From the NCBI GenBank assembly GCA_001805965.1, contig MHHG01000073.1, positions 18,080 to 82,079 on the forward strand: 64,000 nt of DNA, in the 5' to 3' direction. Both the position numbers and the translations under genes were made by a program. The notes under the pieces were generated by a model that was not told the origin of the DNA, did no database searches, and saw nothing but the letters and a program-made list of their open reading frames with translations. Of the stretch, positions 19,354-30,573 are shown piece after piece (position 1 is the stretch's first letter; the number at the start of each line of letters is the position of its first letter). This DNA is from Omnitrophica WOR_2 bacterium RIFOXYA2_FULL_38_17. GTDB lineage: Bacteria; Omnitrophota; Gorgyraeia; Zapsychrales; Zapsychraceae.

Positions 19354-19427
19354 TGGGCCCGCAGGGACTTGAACCCCGGACCAATTGATTATGAGTCAAC
19401 TGCTCTAACCGGCTGAGCTACGGGCCC
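19354..19427 (-). tRNA. tRNA with anticodon CAT (elongator Met or Ile2-lysidine type); CCA not encoded
   Basis: The reverse complement GGGCCCGTAGCTCAGCCGGTTAGAGCAGTTGACTCATAATCAATTGGTCCGGGGTTCAAGTCCCTGCGGGCCCA folds as a cloverleaf: 7-bp acceptor, GCTC/GAGC D-stem, anticodon loop CTCATAA, GTTCAAGTCC T-arm. G1:C72 is paired, so it is not an initiator. Confidence 0.85.
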
Positions 19428-19570
19428 GAAAAATATTAGACAAAATCCTCAAATTTTGGATTTAAGCATATCACAATAGCAATCTGTTTTCAACTGATTT
19501 CCTTTAACTTAAACAAATTCCTATATATAATATAAATAGTAATATTAAAGAGGGATAACCACCTCAACAG

Positions 19571-20404
19571 CTAATCATCTGATACGATAATGCTCATTAT
19601 TGTGGAAGGCCTAACACCTTTGTAGGACATTACATAAGAACAAAATACATTGAATTCCCTTGGGAAAGAATATCCATTGCTCATAAAACGCTTTTCTATA
19701 GACTCACCCTCTCTCAGAGTAATTTGTTTTACTTTCTTATAACTTTTACGATCAATCTCGCTTGCCCCCCATTCTTTATTATTGTAAACAAAGAACAGTG
19801 TATCCTTATTTAGATCTTTAACTGTCATGATCTTATTTGTAACATTCTTTAAAGTAACTTTAAAAAATATATTTTCTTTTGTTTTAAAAACCTTTTTTTC
19901 TGCCTCAACGGTCAACTTAAAAGGCAAATAAGTGACCTGCCTCTCCCTGATCAACTCACTAAAAGGCTCTGTAACTGATTGAAGCTCAAACTGGCTTCTC
20001 CGCGGAGTATAATTTTGATACCCCTGCAATTTCACTCCTAATATTGGAAATCTTAATTCAAAGATGCCGCCTTTTGACTTCTTAAAGAATTCATCATTTA
20101 ATCCTACGATTGTTACTCCAAAGGAATTCTTGCGATTCTTATAACTGTATTCATATTCTATTGCCTTAAAACCATAGTCATTTACAGATACATTCCTCTC
20201 AGTAAAACCTTCCAATTCTTCATATTTAACTTTTAGCCTAAAAATCTCTTCTATAATCTCATCCATGACCCTGGCACACAATTCCTCCGTAGCCTTCTCT
20301 ATAACAATTTCATTCTGCGCAAAAGCCGAAAAACATATAAACAGCAAAACATGTAATATTAAAATCTTTTTCATAGATTTAACCTTATAAAAATTGTTAA
20401 ACAA
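19571..20404 (-). CDS. Hypothetical secreted protein (277 aa)
   Basis: Signal peptide MKKILILHVLLFICFSAFAQ. No recognisable domain. Lys-rich. Confidence 0.5.
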   Translation of the reverse strand: MFNNFYKVKSMKKILILHVLLFICFSAFAQNEIVIEKATEELCARVMDEIIEEIFRLKVKYEELEGFTERNVSVNDYGFKAIEYEYSYKNRKNSFGVTIVGLNDEFFKKSKGGIFELRFPILGVKLQGYQNYTPRRSQFELQSVTEPFSELIRERQVTYLPFKLTVEAEKKVFKTKENIFFKVTLKNVTNKIMTVKDLNKDTLFFVYNNKEWGASEIDRKSYKKVKQITLREGESIEKRFMSNGYSFPREFNVFCSYVMSYKGVRPSTIMSIIVSDD

Positions 20405-20462
20405 AGAACTGTAAACCTAAAAAGGATTATACCCCAATAAAATCCCTAAACAAATGTAATAA

Positions 20463-20529
20463 GCAAAAAAAACAAGGGGTGACATTTTTTCAACTGACCT
20501 GCTCAGTCGACAAAAAACATCACCCCTTT
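20463..20529 (-). terminator. Rho-independent terminator downstream of rpoD
   Basis: Inverted repeat AAGGGGTGACATTTTTT ... AAAAAACATCACCCCTT around a 21-nt loop. On the minus strand it is followed by an 8-nt T-run. Confidence 0.6.
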
Positions 20530-20545
20530 ATTATCCAGCAATAAA

Positions 20546-22156
20546 CTATATGATCTCGTCTTCTTTTCCAGACATATTATCAATAAACTGCTTGACCCTT
20601 CTTGACCTTGTCGGGTGACGTAACTTCCTCAATGCTTTAGATTCGATCTGGCGCACACGTTCTCTTGTAACATTAAACTCCGTCCCAACTTCCTCAAGAG
20701 TCCTTGTTGTCCCGTCAATTATACCAAACCTGAGCTCCAGGATCTTTCTTTCCCTGTCATCAAGAGTGTTAAGAACATTAGTGATTTCATCTTTCAACAT
20801 CGATTGAAGTGTTGCATTAGCTGGTGAAATAGCCTTTTTATCCTCTATAAAATCACCAAAATGAGTATCGCCTTCATCCCCGATGGGTGTCTGCAATGAA
20901 ATTGGCACCTGTGATATCTTCAGGATCTCTTTAACTTTTGCAATAGGAATCCTCATTTGCTTCGCGATCTCCTGAGCTGTTGGCTCTCGCCCATATTCTT
21001 GCACAAAAAGTCGGGAAATACGGATGATCTTGTTAATAGTCTCTGTCATATGGACAGGTATCCTTATCGTTCTCGCTTGATCTGCTATCGAACGTGTGAT
21101 CGCTTGCCTGATCCACCATGTTGCATAAGTTGAAAACTTGTAACCTCTTTTATATTCAAATTTCTCAACTGCTCTTATAAGGCCCATATTACCTTCCTGA
21201 ATAAGATCCAAGAAAGATAACCCGCGATTGATATACTTTTTAGCAATACTGACAACTAATCTTAAGTTTGCCTCAACTAAAAGCTTTTTAGCTGTGTTAA
21301 ATTTTGATTGCCTTATTTTAATGACCCTCAGCTGCTCTTTAATAGCCTCAACAGGTTGACCTAATTCCAACAGGATCTTTGCTTTTTCTTTTTTCAATTC
21401 AGCGGCATTATCAACTTGCTTTTTCCCACTCAGCATTTTTTCGATTTTCTCAACTCTTACTATCATTTTTACAATTCTGTCAATAACACCTTCATTGAAA
21501 GCAGCTGTAAGCTTGAATTCAGCAAGAGCTATAGCCCCTTTTTCCGTACCCACTCTAGTGTGGCCGACATCAGACTTGATCCTTTTTAATTCACGGATAA
21601 GTTTAGGCCTTCTATCAAGCTCATCCTTAATTACGTCTTCCACATTGATCTCTTCATTAAGGACTCTATTGATGTTAAACAACGCTTCTTTTCTAGCATA
21701 AGCAGTTTTATACAGAGACTCTGCGAACTTGATCTCAGCTTCTTCAATTCTTTTTGCCAGATTGATCTCTTTTTCTCTAGAGAGCAAAGGAATAGATCCC
21801 ATCTGCTTTAAATACATTTTAACAGGGTCGTCTAGCGGAATGAATTTATCGGAATAAATCTCATCTTCTTTGTTCTTACTTCTGATCCTACGAATTTCCT
21901 GCTCTCTTGATTCCTCGTCTTTTTCCTCCGCCTCTTCCTCACCCTCACCCTCCTCAACACTGTCTTCACTCTCGATAATTTTTATATCTTTACCGTCAAG
22001 TATATCAAAAACCTTATCGATTTCTTCAGAAGTATCAACAGATTCAGAAAGCTTTTCGTTCACTTCAGAAAAGGTCAAAAAACCTTTCTTTTTCCCGAGC
22101 AAAACCAGCTTTTCAATATCCTGCCTAATATCATTTTTTTTGTTAGCTTGTTTCAT
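20546..22156 (-). CDS. rpoD: RNA polymerase sigma factor RpoD (sigma-70)
   Basis: [38 protein letters not shown] (region 2), region 4 [23 protein letters not shown], acidic region 1.1. 536 aa. Confidence 0.95.
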   Translation of the reverse strand: MKQANKKNDIRQDIEKLVLLGKKKGFLTFSEVNEKLSESVDTSEEIDKVFDILDGKDIKIIESEDSVEEGEGEEEAEEKDEESREQEIRRIRSKNKEDEIYSDKFIPLDDPVKMYLKQMGSIPLLSREKEINLAKRIEEAEIKFAESLYKTAYARKEALFNINRVLNEEINVEDVIKDELDRRPKLIRELKRIKSDVGHTRVGTEKGAIALAEFKLTAAFNEGVIDRIVKMIVRVEKIEKMLSGKKQVDNAAELKKEKAKILLELGQPVEAIKEQLRVIKIRQSKFNTAKKLLVEANLRLVVSIAKKYINRGLSFLDLIQEGNMGLIRAVEKFEYKRGYKFSTYATWWIRQAITRSIADQARTIRIPVHMTETINKIIRISRLFVQEYGREPTAQEIAKQMRIPIAKVKEILKISQVPISLQTPIGDEGDTHFGDFIEDKKAISPANATLQSMLKDEITNVLNTLDDRERKILELRFGIIDGTTRTLEEVGTEFNVTRERVRQIESKALRKLRHPTRSRRVKQFIDNMSGKEDEII

Positions 22157-22170
22157 TTTCTCTCCCTATA

Positions 22171-23943
22171 TCACTTCTTGATTAACTGATTAAATTCCTT
22201 AACAAGGCCTTCAAGCTTTTCATGGTCACCTTGGCTCTCAGCCTCAGTTATTTTTCTTATTAAATCTTCCCTTCTTGTTTTATCACGCCGCTTTTTGATC
22301 ACCGACATATAATCACTGTGCATCTTCTTCTTGTCACCTGCAATCGTATGATCTTCAATTACCAATGAAGATATCATTTGCTGCATTTTCTGGTCTTCGA
22401 AGCTGCTTATTAGGCTACCGACATCTATCCCTTTCCCTTGGTCGAACATGCCGAATATTTTTGTAACGACATCCCTTATACCTTTATCTTGAAAGTCTGC
22501 GGGTAGCATTTCTTTTTTTGTCGCTTCGATAAACTCTTTTTCTTCCAACAGCAACTTTAAAATACCTCTTTCTACAGTAACTCTCTGAGCTTCACCTAAA
22601 GTTTTTTGTTTTTTCTCCTCATTAAAATAATTTTTTACAGAACCTTTTCCCCCTTTTTGTAATTCTGCCAATAATGCCTGCTCTGAAACATGCAGCCTGT
22701 GAGCCAAAAGCTTTATATAATCCGATTTAATTACCTCACTACGAAACTTGCCAATAGTTACAAGCATTTCACTTGTTATTTTTTCTTTTCCTTCAGCTGT
22801 TTTACTATCGTACTTCTTCTTGAGAGAACTTAATTTATAATCAATCATCAATTGCGCATTCTTTATCCTATCAAGAAATACCTCTTGTCCCTTCATGCGT
22901 ATAAAAGAATCAGGGTCCTCTCCTTCGTCAAGAATTGCAACTTTAACATTCATTTCTTCTTCAACCAAGGTGTCAAGGCTTCGCAACATTGCAGCTTCAC
23001 CGGCCTTGTCCATATCAAACAACAATATAACATTCCTTGAATACCTTCGGATTAAGCGAATCTGCTCAACAGTTAAAGCAGTACCTAAAGAAGCAACTAT
23101 GTTCTGCACGCCAAACTGATAAGGCATTATGCAATCCAAGTATCCCTCAACAACAATAACAGCATCCTCCTGAGTGATAGAATTCTTGGCCAAATGAAAA
23201 CCATACAAATGGTTGCCTTTGGTATAAACTATTGTCTCGGGCGAATTCAAATATTTTGCCTGATTATCCTCCAGGGCACGGGCGCCAAATGCTCTGCAGT
23301 TACCTCTTGTATCAAAGATCGGAAAAATTATCCTATTTCTAAAACGGTCGTAGAAGCCTCGCCCGTTGTCTCTAGGTATTATCAGCCCAGCTTTTTCCAT
23401 CAAACCCAGGCTAACGCCTTTATTCTTCAAATGCTCCAATAGGCCATCCCACTTGTCCACTGCCAAGCCTACCTTAAAATTCTTTACTGTTTCAAAATCA
23501 ACATTTCTCTCTTTAAGATACTTGCGCGCATCACTCGCCATCTTCGTTCTTGTTGAAAGCAAGTTCTCCTGAAAATAATTAGCAGCCAGCTCATTTAATT
23601 TAAAGATCAAGAGCCTCTCATTAGTTGACCTTCTTGTCGGCTCATCTACTTCTTCAATAACCACATTAACTTTTTGCGCCAGCACCCTGATCGCTTCTGG
23701 AAAATCCATATTATCTTGCTTCATGACAAAAGAGACCACGTTGCCGCCAACGCCACACCCAAAGCAATGAAATATCTGCTTATCAGGGTTAACCACAAAA
23801 GACGGGGTCTTTTCATTATGAAAAGGACAAGCAGCTTTAAAATTCCTTCCCGCCCGCTTTAATGGTATATATGACGATATGATCTCAACAATATCAGATC
23901 GATCAATTACTTGAGAAACAATTTCTTCAGGAATTAGCACCAT
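22171..23943 (-). CDS. dnaG: DNA primase DnaG
   Basis: CPFHNEKTPSFVVNPDKQIFHCFGCGVGGNVVSFVM zinc-binding domain, TOPRIM EGYLDCIMPYQFG...DMDKAGE. Classic dnaG-rpoD pair. Confidence 0.95.
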   Translation of the reverse strand: MVLIPEEIVSQVIDRSDIVEIISSYIPLKRAGRNFKAACPFHNEKTPSFVVNPDKQIFHCFGCGVGGNVVSFVMKQDNMDFPEAIRVLAQKVNVVIEEVDEPTRRSTNERLLIFKLNELAANYFQENLLSTRTKMASDARKYLKERNVDFETVKNFKVGLAVDKWDGLLEHLKNKGVSLGLMEKAGLIIPRDNGRGFYDRFRNRIIFPIFDTRGNCRAFGARALEDNQAKYLNSPETIVYTKGNHLYGFHLAKNSITQEDAVIVVEGYLDCIMPYQFGVQNIVASLGTALTVEQIRLIRRYSRNVILLFDMDKAGEAAMLRSLDTLVEEEMNVKVAILDEGEDPDSFIRMKGQEVFLDRIKNAQLMIDYKLSSLKKKYDSKTAEGKEKITSEMLVTIGKFRSEVIKSDYIKLLAHRLHVSEQALLAELQKGGKGSVKNYFNEEKKQKTLGEAQRVTVERGILKLLLEEKEFIEATKKEMLPADFQDKGIRDVVTKIFGMFDQGKGIDVGSLISSFEDQKMQQMISSLVIEDHTIAGDKKKMHSDYMSVIKKRRDKTRREDLIRKITEAESQGDHEKLEGLVKEFNQLIKK

Positions 23944-24911
23944 TAACGTTTGACTCTCCTAAAGCCTGAACATTCGTAAATTCTTAATTTTGTTTTCTTA
24001 TTCAGCTTATCCAGTAAAAGATTGATGCCCAAATTATCACTTGCAATATGCCCGGCAACAACAACATCAATATGATCATTCTTCATTTTTTTACGGCTTG
24101 CTTCTGAAACATGCATACAAAGGGTAGTCTTTATTCCTAACTGCGACATTCTCCCATAGATCTCACTTGACCCCTGGGTTCCGCCTGTCATATCAACAAA
24201 GACCCTGCCAGCCTTATTTTTTTCTTTTCCAGAAAATATTTTTGGCCCTGACTTGTTTAAAAATGCTTCTCTGTACTCAGGTTCCTTCAATAAAAGGTCA
24301 ATTACATTCTTAAGAGTTGCCGGTTTATTTTTATCCATCAGTTTCTGCAAATAATTTGCAACATGGTTATCCGCAGGCGTATGACAACTCATAAGAGGAA
24401 CGCCTAAAAGCCTTGCAGCATCAACTGCCTTCTCATGATTAGCTCCATGTATTTTACGCTCAACCTCTCCTATACGTTTTTCCATAAAACTCTCAGCAAT
24501 ATCCTTATCAATGCCAATATTACATAGAATATCAGCCTGAAGATGCATCACGTCATACAATCCTGCGTAAGCATGCCCTTCAGGATGATGGCTAATGACT
24601 AGATCTATTTTATTTCCATTCTTTGAAAGCTGGTCTGCCAATAGGACTTCTTCTACCCCAATATCTATACCTATCATCACACTATTTACATCTACATCAG
24701 GATCACCAAACAAAATCCTCGTATCAGAATAGGGATTCTTAAAAGACTCCTTATCAAAATACTTTTTTAAGCCTTGCGGTAATTTTCTATATTCTTTTTT
24801 CTTTTCTTGAAGCCTGGCTTCTATTTGCTTATTAGTGCGCAAATCTGATTTTATGCCTTCCTTTATGAAAAAAGCGTATATATCTTTTAACTTCAAATTA
24901 AACTCCCCCAA
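23943..24911 (-). CDS. Nif3-like dinuclear metal centre protein (YqfO/YbgI family)
   Basis: ISHHPEGH, TPADNH and VAGHIASD His clusters typical of the NIF3/DUF34 family. Position downstream of rpoD mirrors the Bacillus yqfO context. Start overlaps the dnaG stop. Confidence 0.65.
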   Translation of the reverse strand: MGEFNLKLKDIYAFFIKEGIKSDLRTNKQIEARLQEKKKEYRKLPQGLKKYFDKESFKNPYSDTRILFGDPDVDVNSVMIGIDIGVEEVLLADQLSKNGNKIDLVISHHPEGHAYAGLYDVMHLQADILCNIGIDKDIAESFMEKRIGEVERKIHGANHEKAVDAARLLGVPLMSCHTPADNHVANYLQKLMDKNKPATLKNVIDLLLKEPEYREAFLNKSGPKIFSGKEKNKAGRVFVDMTGGTQGSSEIYGRMSQLGIKTTLCMHVSEASRKKMKNDHIDVVVAGHIASDNLGINLLLDKLNKKTKLRIYECSGFRRVKR

Positions 24912-24927
24912 ATAAAGCTTAAAATCT

Positions 24928-25485
24928 CTACTGATTGTTTCTTCTTGATAAAAGTTTAAAGACCCTCTTGTTCATGGTCTCATTAGGAAAAAACTTCTTA
25001 ACGATCCTTGAATAACAAGCGCCATAGATATTAACCGATGTATTGGTCATAATCAAACTGGACAAAGATTTTCTTGTATTGTATCTGGCTATTTCATTCC
25101 CAGATATTATTAATGATAAAAACAACAAACTACAAAGCAGATAACCTTTAACCCCCGCAACAAAAATCCCACCATATTTATTGATGAAAGACATTGTTTC
25201 TATCTTTAATAATATCAACCATGCTTTCCTTACAACCCAAAAAACACCCATAATTACAATTGCAATCACAGAAAAAGTAACAAATTGAAATAACGGCTCT
25301 GACAATTTAACATATTCTTGCAATCTTGCACTTACTGTCAAATAATAATGAATAGAGAAAACCGTTGCAAACAAGACGCCTATCAAATTAATAAATTCTG
25401 GAAACAAGCCTGATTTCCGTCCTTTAAAAATGCATGCAGCGCAAATACACGTCATCAATAAATCAATAAGATTGTAGCGTACCAT
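24928..25485 (-). CDS. cvpA: CvpA family membrane protein
   Basis: Four TM helices. The N-terminus MVRYNLIDLLMTCICAACIFKGRKSGLFPEF resembles CvpA (colicin V production protein family). Confidence 0.6.
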   Translation of the reverse strand: MVRYNLIDLLMTCICAACIFKGRKSGLFPEFINLIGVLFATVFSIHYYLTVSARLQEYVKLSEPLFQFVTFSVIAIVIMGVFWVVRKAWLILLKIETMSFINKYGGIFVAGVKGYLLCSLLFLSLIISGNEIARYNTRKSLSSLIMTNTSVNIYGACYSRIVKKFFPNETMNKRVFKLLSRRNNQ

Positions 25486-25754
25486 TATAATAGTAATAAT
25501 AAATAGATTGGGTTAAAGTGCGTAAAGTATATCACATGGAATTACTACTGTCAAGGTCACCGGGAACATCAAAATTATTTACAATAAGGCTGTAAATCGC
25601 TGTTAGTTAACAACTTACGTTATTCATCAAAACCAGCTTAGAAGTATTTCATCTTGACATTCATTGCATATAGTGCTATCTTTCATTAAATATAATTTTT
25701 CTTAAATTTCCATAAAAAGTACAATGGTTTTTATTTGTACCTTATTGAAAAATC

Positions 25755-27023
25755 TTGATGAACAATGAATCTATAAATAATGAACACGGGCTTCCAGCGC
25801 AATCTGAAGTGCCTAACAGAATACCGACCGCTGAAGAATTGCTTCAAAAAGCTAACGCTGAAATTCAGAAGCTTAATGAAAATCTTAGCTATTCAAAAAA
25901 AGAGCTCGGAATTCTTTACGAAGTAAGTAATGCAATGCGGTCCTTTTTGGAACTTAATCCCATTCTCCATACCATTCTAACTGGCGTCACTGCACATTCT
26001 GGCCTGGGATTTAACAGAGCAATCCTTTTCCTTGTCAATACTACTGATAGATGCCTCGAGCCTAGAACAGCAATTGGCCCGGAATCAGGGGAACATGCCC
26101 AGAAAATATGGGAATATATTTCATTATCAAACCAGCATATCGACGATCTTATCAAAAAAGACAAAATAGACCAAAACATTAAATCTCAATCTTCACTATT
26201 TGATTCAATAAAAGACTTAAAGATACCGTTAAAAGACAATGATAACCTTTTATCAAATGCTTATCACGATGGCTCGCCTACACACATAACCCCTGATCAG
26301 ATATCAAAATACTCCAACGATATTTTTTTAAAACATTTTCATACAAATGAGCTTGTAATCGTACCATTGAAAGCGAAAGATAAAGTAAACGGGATTATCA
26401 TTGCTGATAATATTTACACTCAAAAGGTAATTTCCGATGAAGACCTGAAGATGTTCATAATGCTTGCAAATCAAGCTGGTTTAGCTATAGAAAATTCCCG
26501 TCTTTACGAAATGGTAATGCATAAAAGCCATACTGACTCTCTGACATCATTATGGAACCATGGTTTTTTTCAAGACAAACTAGCTGAAGAAGTGGATAAA
26601 GCAAAAACAAACAAGAAACCTCTATCCCTGCTCATAATGGACCTTGATAATTTCAAAATATTAAATGATAGCTGCGGCCATCAGAACGGAGATATAATCC
26701 TCAAAGAAGTCTCAAACCTTTTGAAAGACTCATCCAGAGACATTGATTATGTATGCAGATACGGCGGTGAAGAATTTTCAATCATCCTGACCCAAACAAA
26801 TAAAGAATCTGGATATTCTATTGCCGAAAGAATCAGGCAAAAAATAGAACAATATTCATTTCCTGCTTTTTCACTTTATCATGAACAAAAAGTTACAATA
26901 AGTATCGGCCTTGCCACTTTTCCCGATGACGCGGATAATAATAATGACCTGATTAAGCAGGCTGACAGGGCTATGTATAAAGCAAAGTTCAGCGGCAAAA
27001 ACCAAACCTACGTTTCAGAGTAA
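25755..27023 (+). CDS. Diguanylate cyclase with N-terminal GAF-like sensor domain (GAF-GGDEF)
   Basis: C-terminal LSLLIMDLDNFKILNDSCGHQNGD...RYGGEEFSIIL (intact GGEEF active site). N-terminal ~230 aa with GAF-like features. Confidence 0.85.
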   Translation: MMNNESINNEHGLPAQSEVPNRIPTAEELLQKANAEIQKLNENLSYSKKELGILYEVSNAMRSFLELNPILHTILTGVTAHSGLGFNRAILFLVNTTDRCLEPRTAIGPESGEHAQKIWEYISLSNQHIDDLIKKDKIDQNIKSQSSLFDSIKDLKIPLKDNDNLLSNAYHDGSPTHITPDQISKYSNDIFLKHFHTNELVIVPLKAKDKVNGIIIADNIYTQKVISDEDLKMFIMLANQAGLAIENSRLYEMVMHKSHTDSLTSLWNHGFFQDKLAEEVDKAKTNKKPLSLLIMDLDNFKILNDSCGHQNGDIILKEVSNLLKDSSRDIDYVCRYGGEEFSIILTQTNKESGYSIAERIRQKIEQYSFPAFSLYHEQKVTISIGLATFPDDADNNNDLIKQADRAMYKAKFSGKNQTYVSE

Positions 27024-27100
27024 AAAACGAAAATATCCCTAGCCTGTATATTCCAGACTAGCACTGTTATAAAATCCAGCAATGATCCCTGTTGCAGGAA

Positions 27101-30100
27101 TTAAACACCCGCCGTAAGGACCTCTTCCTGCTTTTCTTCGCTTGAAAACTTAACAGATACCACACGGGAACATCCTGTCTCGGGCATGGTAATGCCGTAC
27201 ATTATATTTGCATTTGCAATTGTCTTTTTATTATGAGTAATAACAATGAACTGGGCGATTTTTGCAAAATCTTTTAGAAGGAACCCAAACCTTCCGACAT
27301 TAGATTCGTCCAGGGCAGCATCGATCTCATCCAAAACGCAGAAAGGACTTGGATTAACCTTAAACACGCCAAAGATCAAAGCAATAGCTGTTAGCGTTTT
27401 TTCTCCACCTGAAAGCAAACTGATGCTTTGCAGTTTCTTTCCCGGAGGCCTTGCAATTATCTCAATACCGGACTCCAAAACATTATCAGGTTCAAGAAGA
27501 ACCAGCTGGGCTTCTCCCCCGCCGAACAACATTCTGAAATATATCCTGAACTGCTCGCTTACTTTTGTGAACGTTTCCATGAACATTTGACGGGTTGAAC
27601 GATTAATCTTGTTGATCGTGCTCATCAATTGCGATTTTGCCTCAAAAAGATCTGATTGTTGTTTTGTCAGGAATTCAAATCTTTCCTTAAGCTGCTCATA
27701 CTCCTCAATAGCAACTAGGTTTACAGAGCCAAATGAGTCGCATTGTTTTCTTAGTTTTTCAATCTCCAAAGCCAGCTCATTCATATCAATCTGTTCAGCT
27801 TGTTCTTCAACTTCCTCAAAAGCCTTTTCAGCTTTCAGTTCTTTAACTTCAAGAACCTTACCGAATATTTCTGCTTCCAATTGAATCAAAGGACACTGGG
27901 TTGCATCTTTTTCACTAAAAGAAGTATTCATATCACGCTCTGGAGCATCTAGATCTATTTTATAAGTCTGGCTCATCCTGTCTTTGATAGCCCTAATACT
28001 AAAGGAGATCTCCTGCTCTTTAAGCTGCTTTTCATGAACTTTTTGTTTAATATCGTCGATCTCGAGCTCTAAAGCATTCATATTTGCCCTTGAGCTATTT
28101 ATTCTTTGAGCAATATCCTCTTTCTGGACAATATAATCATTCAGAACATTCTTAAACGACTCCCTCTCGCTTCTAACTTCTTCAATCCTTCGCTCTAATC
28201 CTTCTATCTCTCTCTCATATAGGCTCTTCTTATCTTCTTGCCCAATAGCCTCGTTATCAATCTTGTTAATATCTTCAAGCCATCCGTCTAGAGTCTCGGA
28301 AAACATTGATTGGTTCTTTTTGTAGCTCGTGAGCTTGTCACTATCTGCTGCAATTTCCGTTTCAAGTTGCGCAATAGACACAATAACATTTTCTTTCTCC
28401 TTTGATTTTGAAGCTATTGCTTCGCGTTTATCATGAATATCATTTTGACACCATTCAATATCCTGAGTTATAGTTTCCAGCTCATAGCTTATCCTCTCTT
28501 CATTCTTTTTTGTCTCAGCCATGAACTCTTTTACCTCTTCTATTTCAGAGCAAACAAGCTCCATCTCACCTTGCAATTTTTGCTCTTCAGCTAAAATATC
28601 ATTCCTTTGAGATTCAAGGATAGAATGCTTTTTCTCCTTATCTTGGATCTTATAAATAACCTCTTTAAATAATTCTCTGTGTTCGACTATTTGCCCAGAG
28701 ACAAAATCCCTTCTTGCCACATACTCAGAAATTTGCAGATTGATCTCATTGATCTTTAAAGATATCTGCTGCGGATCTAATTCAACAAATTTTGTTTCAC
28801 AAACGATTTCATACAATTGCAATGACTGCTCCAGACCATTTCCGACAGACTGATTGAACCTTTGCTTTAACTGCTGAAGCTGGTCATCAGCTAATGCATT
28901 AACTTCCTTTACCTTTCCAATAATGCCAGTATGATGATCCATTGGGGCTGCACTTGCATAATAACGGCCCTCGACGACAGGGTCAGGCATGTCCTGATAT
29001 TGGGCATGCAGCTTCTCAATAAACTCTTTTTGAGATTTCAAGAACAGCGTCTTCTTTTCGAGATCTTCAATAGTGCTTTTCAATTGCTCAAATTCAGCCT
29101 CATAACTTCTAAGCTTTTCTCCACGACTATCTTTGATCTGTTTAAATTCATTGATCTCAAGGTCAAGGCTATTGATTTGACCGTTGACTTCATCAAGCCT
29201 TTCATTAACCTGCTGTTTTTCAATAAGCACTTTTTCAGTTTCCAGTTCTAAACGACGCTTTCTCGCCAAATAACCCTGCATTTCCTTCATCACATCTGTA
29301 AGATCATTTCTTGTATTTGCCTGCTTTGCGCTCAAGCTCAATATGTTCTCTTCATTGCCTTTTATTTTATCTTTTGCCTCTTTAACCAATCTCTCTAATA
29401 TTGCAAGAACATCTCTTTTCTCTTTAAGCGATCTTTCATTGTGGATCTTTGCTTCCTCAAGCGTTATAAGGGCCTGCTCAAGCTCCTCGATCTTTTCCTG
29501 CTGAATTTTACATTTTTCTATCAGCTGACCTTTTTGCTCCTTTAGCTTTCGGTCATTCTGCATCAAATTCTCGATTCTCTCCTGGTTAAAACCAACCTGC
29601 CTATTATCCAGGTCGATCTGACCATCCAGTTTAATTCCCTGTGAATTAAGTTCATTTATCTTATGCTCGACTTCCCCTAAATAATTAATCTCATTAGTTA
29701 AATGCTCGGAAGCTTCCTCTAGCTCCTGATTTAAGGAATTGATCTTTTCTGTAACTTCTTTGACATGAACATCCATACTGCTTTTTTCATCTTCCAGCTC
29801 TTTAATTTGACACCTTGAATATTTTGTCTCCTGCTTTTTTAAAAATTCAAATTTCTCTTTATATTTACTTGCTTTCTTAGCCTGCCGTTCGATAGATGCA
29901 ATCTGTCTTTTAACTTCAATAGTAATATCATTGACCCTAAGCAAATTATTCTCAGTATCCTTAAGCCTGTTCAGCGCCTCTTTTTTCTTTGCTTTATATT
30001 TTGTGATTCCAGAAGCCTCATCCAAGATCATTCTTCTTTCTTCCGGTTTTGCACTGACGACCATATCAACTTTTCCCTGAGGAAGAAGCGAATAAGCTTC

Positions 30101-30505
30101 CGCCCCGATACCTGTTCCCATAAGAAGTTCTTGGATATCTTTTAATCTAACAGGGGTCTTATTCAAAAGATATTCACTCTCGCCGGAACGGAACAATCTT
30201 CTTGTTATAGTCACCTCATCGTAATCTATCGGGAGCATTTTAGATTCGTTAGAAAAGGTCAAGCTGACCTCAGCAAATCCCAAAGATGCTTTCTTTTCAG
30301 TTCCGTTAAAAATAACATCTCCCATCGCCGAGCCTCTTAACTCTTTAGCGCTTTGCTCACCTAAAACCCATCGGATAGAATCAAAGACATTACTCTTTCC
30401 GCATCCATTAGGACCGACAACAGCCGTTATTCCTGGCTCAAAATTTAAAACTGTTTTATCTGCGAAAGACTTGAACCCAAAAATTTCCAATCTTTTTAAA
30501 TACAT
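27101..30505 (-). CDS. smc: Chromosome partition protein Smc
   Basis: N-terminal Walker A FEPGITAVVGPNGCGKSNVFDSIRWVLGEQ. Long coiled coils with a central hinge. C-terminal LSGGEKTLTAIALIFGVF...CVLDEIDAALD signature/Walker B. 1134 aa. Confidence 0.95.
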   Translation of the reverse strand: MYLKRLEIFGFKSFADKTVLNFEPGITAVVGPNGCGKSNVFDSIRWVLGEQSAKELRGSAMGDVIFNGTEKKASLGFAEVSLTFSNESKMLPIDYDEVTITRRLFRSGESEYLLNKTPVRLKDIQELLMGTGIGAEAYSLLPQGKVDMVVSAKPEERRMILDEASGITKYKAKKKEALNRLKDTENNLLRVNDITIEVKRQIASIERQAKKASKYKEKFEFLKKQETKYSRCQIKELEDEKSSMDVHVKEVTEKINSLNQELEEASEHLTNEINYLGEVEHKINELNSQGIKLDGQIDLDNRQVGFNQERIENLMQNDRKLKEQKGQLIEKCKIQQEKIEELEQALITLEEAKIHNERSLKEKRDVLAILERLVKEAKDKIKGNEENILSLSAKQANTRNDLTDVMKEMQGYLARKRRLELETEKVLIEKQQVNERLDEVNGQINSLDLEINEFKQIKDSRGEKLRSYEAEFEQLKSTIEDLEKKTLFLKSQKEFIEKLHAQYQDMPDPVVEGRYYASAAPMDHHTGIIGKVKEVNALADDQLQQLKQRFNQSVGNGLEQSLQLYEIVCETKFVELDPQQISLKINEINLQISEYVARRDFVSGQIVEHRELFKEVIYKIQDKEKKHSILESQRNDILAEEQKLQGEMELVCSEIEEVKEFMAETKKNEERISYELETITQDIEWCQNDIHDKREAIASKSKEKENVIVSIAQLETEIAADSDKLTSYKKNQSMFSETLDGWLEDINKIDNEAIGQEDKKSLYEREIEGLERRIEEVRSERESFKNVLNDYIVQKEDIAQRINSSRANMNALELEIDDIKQKVHEKQLKEQEISFSIRAIKDRMSQTYKIDLDAPERDMNTSFSEKDATQCPLIQLEAEIFGKVLEVKELKAEKAFEEVEEQAEQIDMNELALEIEKLRKQCDSFGSVNLVAIEEYEQLKERFEFLTKQQSDLFEAKSQLMSTINKINRSTRQMFMETFTKVSEQFRIYFRMLFGGGEAQLVLLEPDNVLESGIEIIARPPGKKLQSISLLSGGEKTLTAIALIFGVFKVNPSPFCVLDEIDAALDESNVGRFGFLLKDFAKIAQFIVITHNKKTIANANIMYGITMPETGCSRVVSVKFSSEEKQEEVLTAGV

Positions 30506-30573
30506 AAGTTGCTCCCCTGTTTAAGCTGTTTTTGGATATTATTTTTGTATATAGAATTTATCATTATACTTAT

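Noticed and set aside
21870-22181. Plus-strand 103-aa Ser-rich ORF
   Set aside because: Antisense to the acidic region of rpoD, and its low-complexity composition mirrors the sense strand's Glu-rich codons.
25640-25700. Possible sigma-70-like promoter (TTGACA at 25654) upstream of the GGDEF gene
   Set aside because: The -35 hexamer is perfect, but no convincing -10 lies at 16-18 nt spacing, and promoter consensus for this lineage is unknown. Not reported as a feature.
25916-26179. Minus-strand 87-aa ORF
   Set aside because: Antisense within the well-supported GAF-GGDEF gene.
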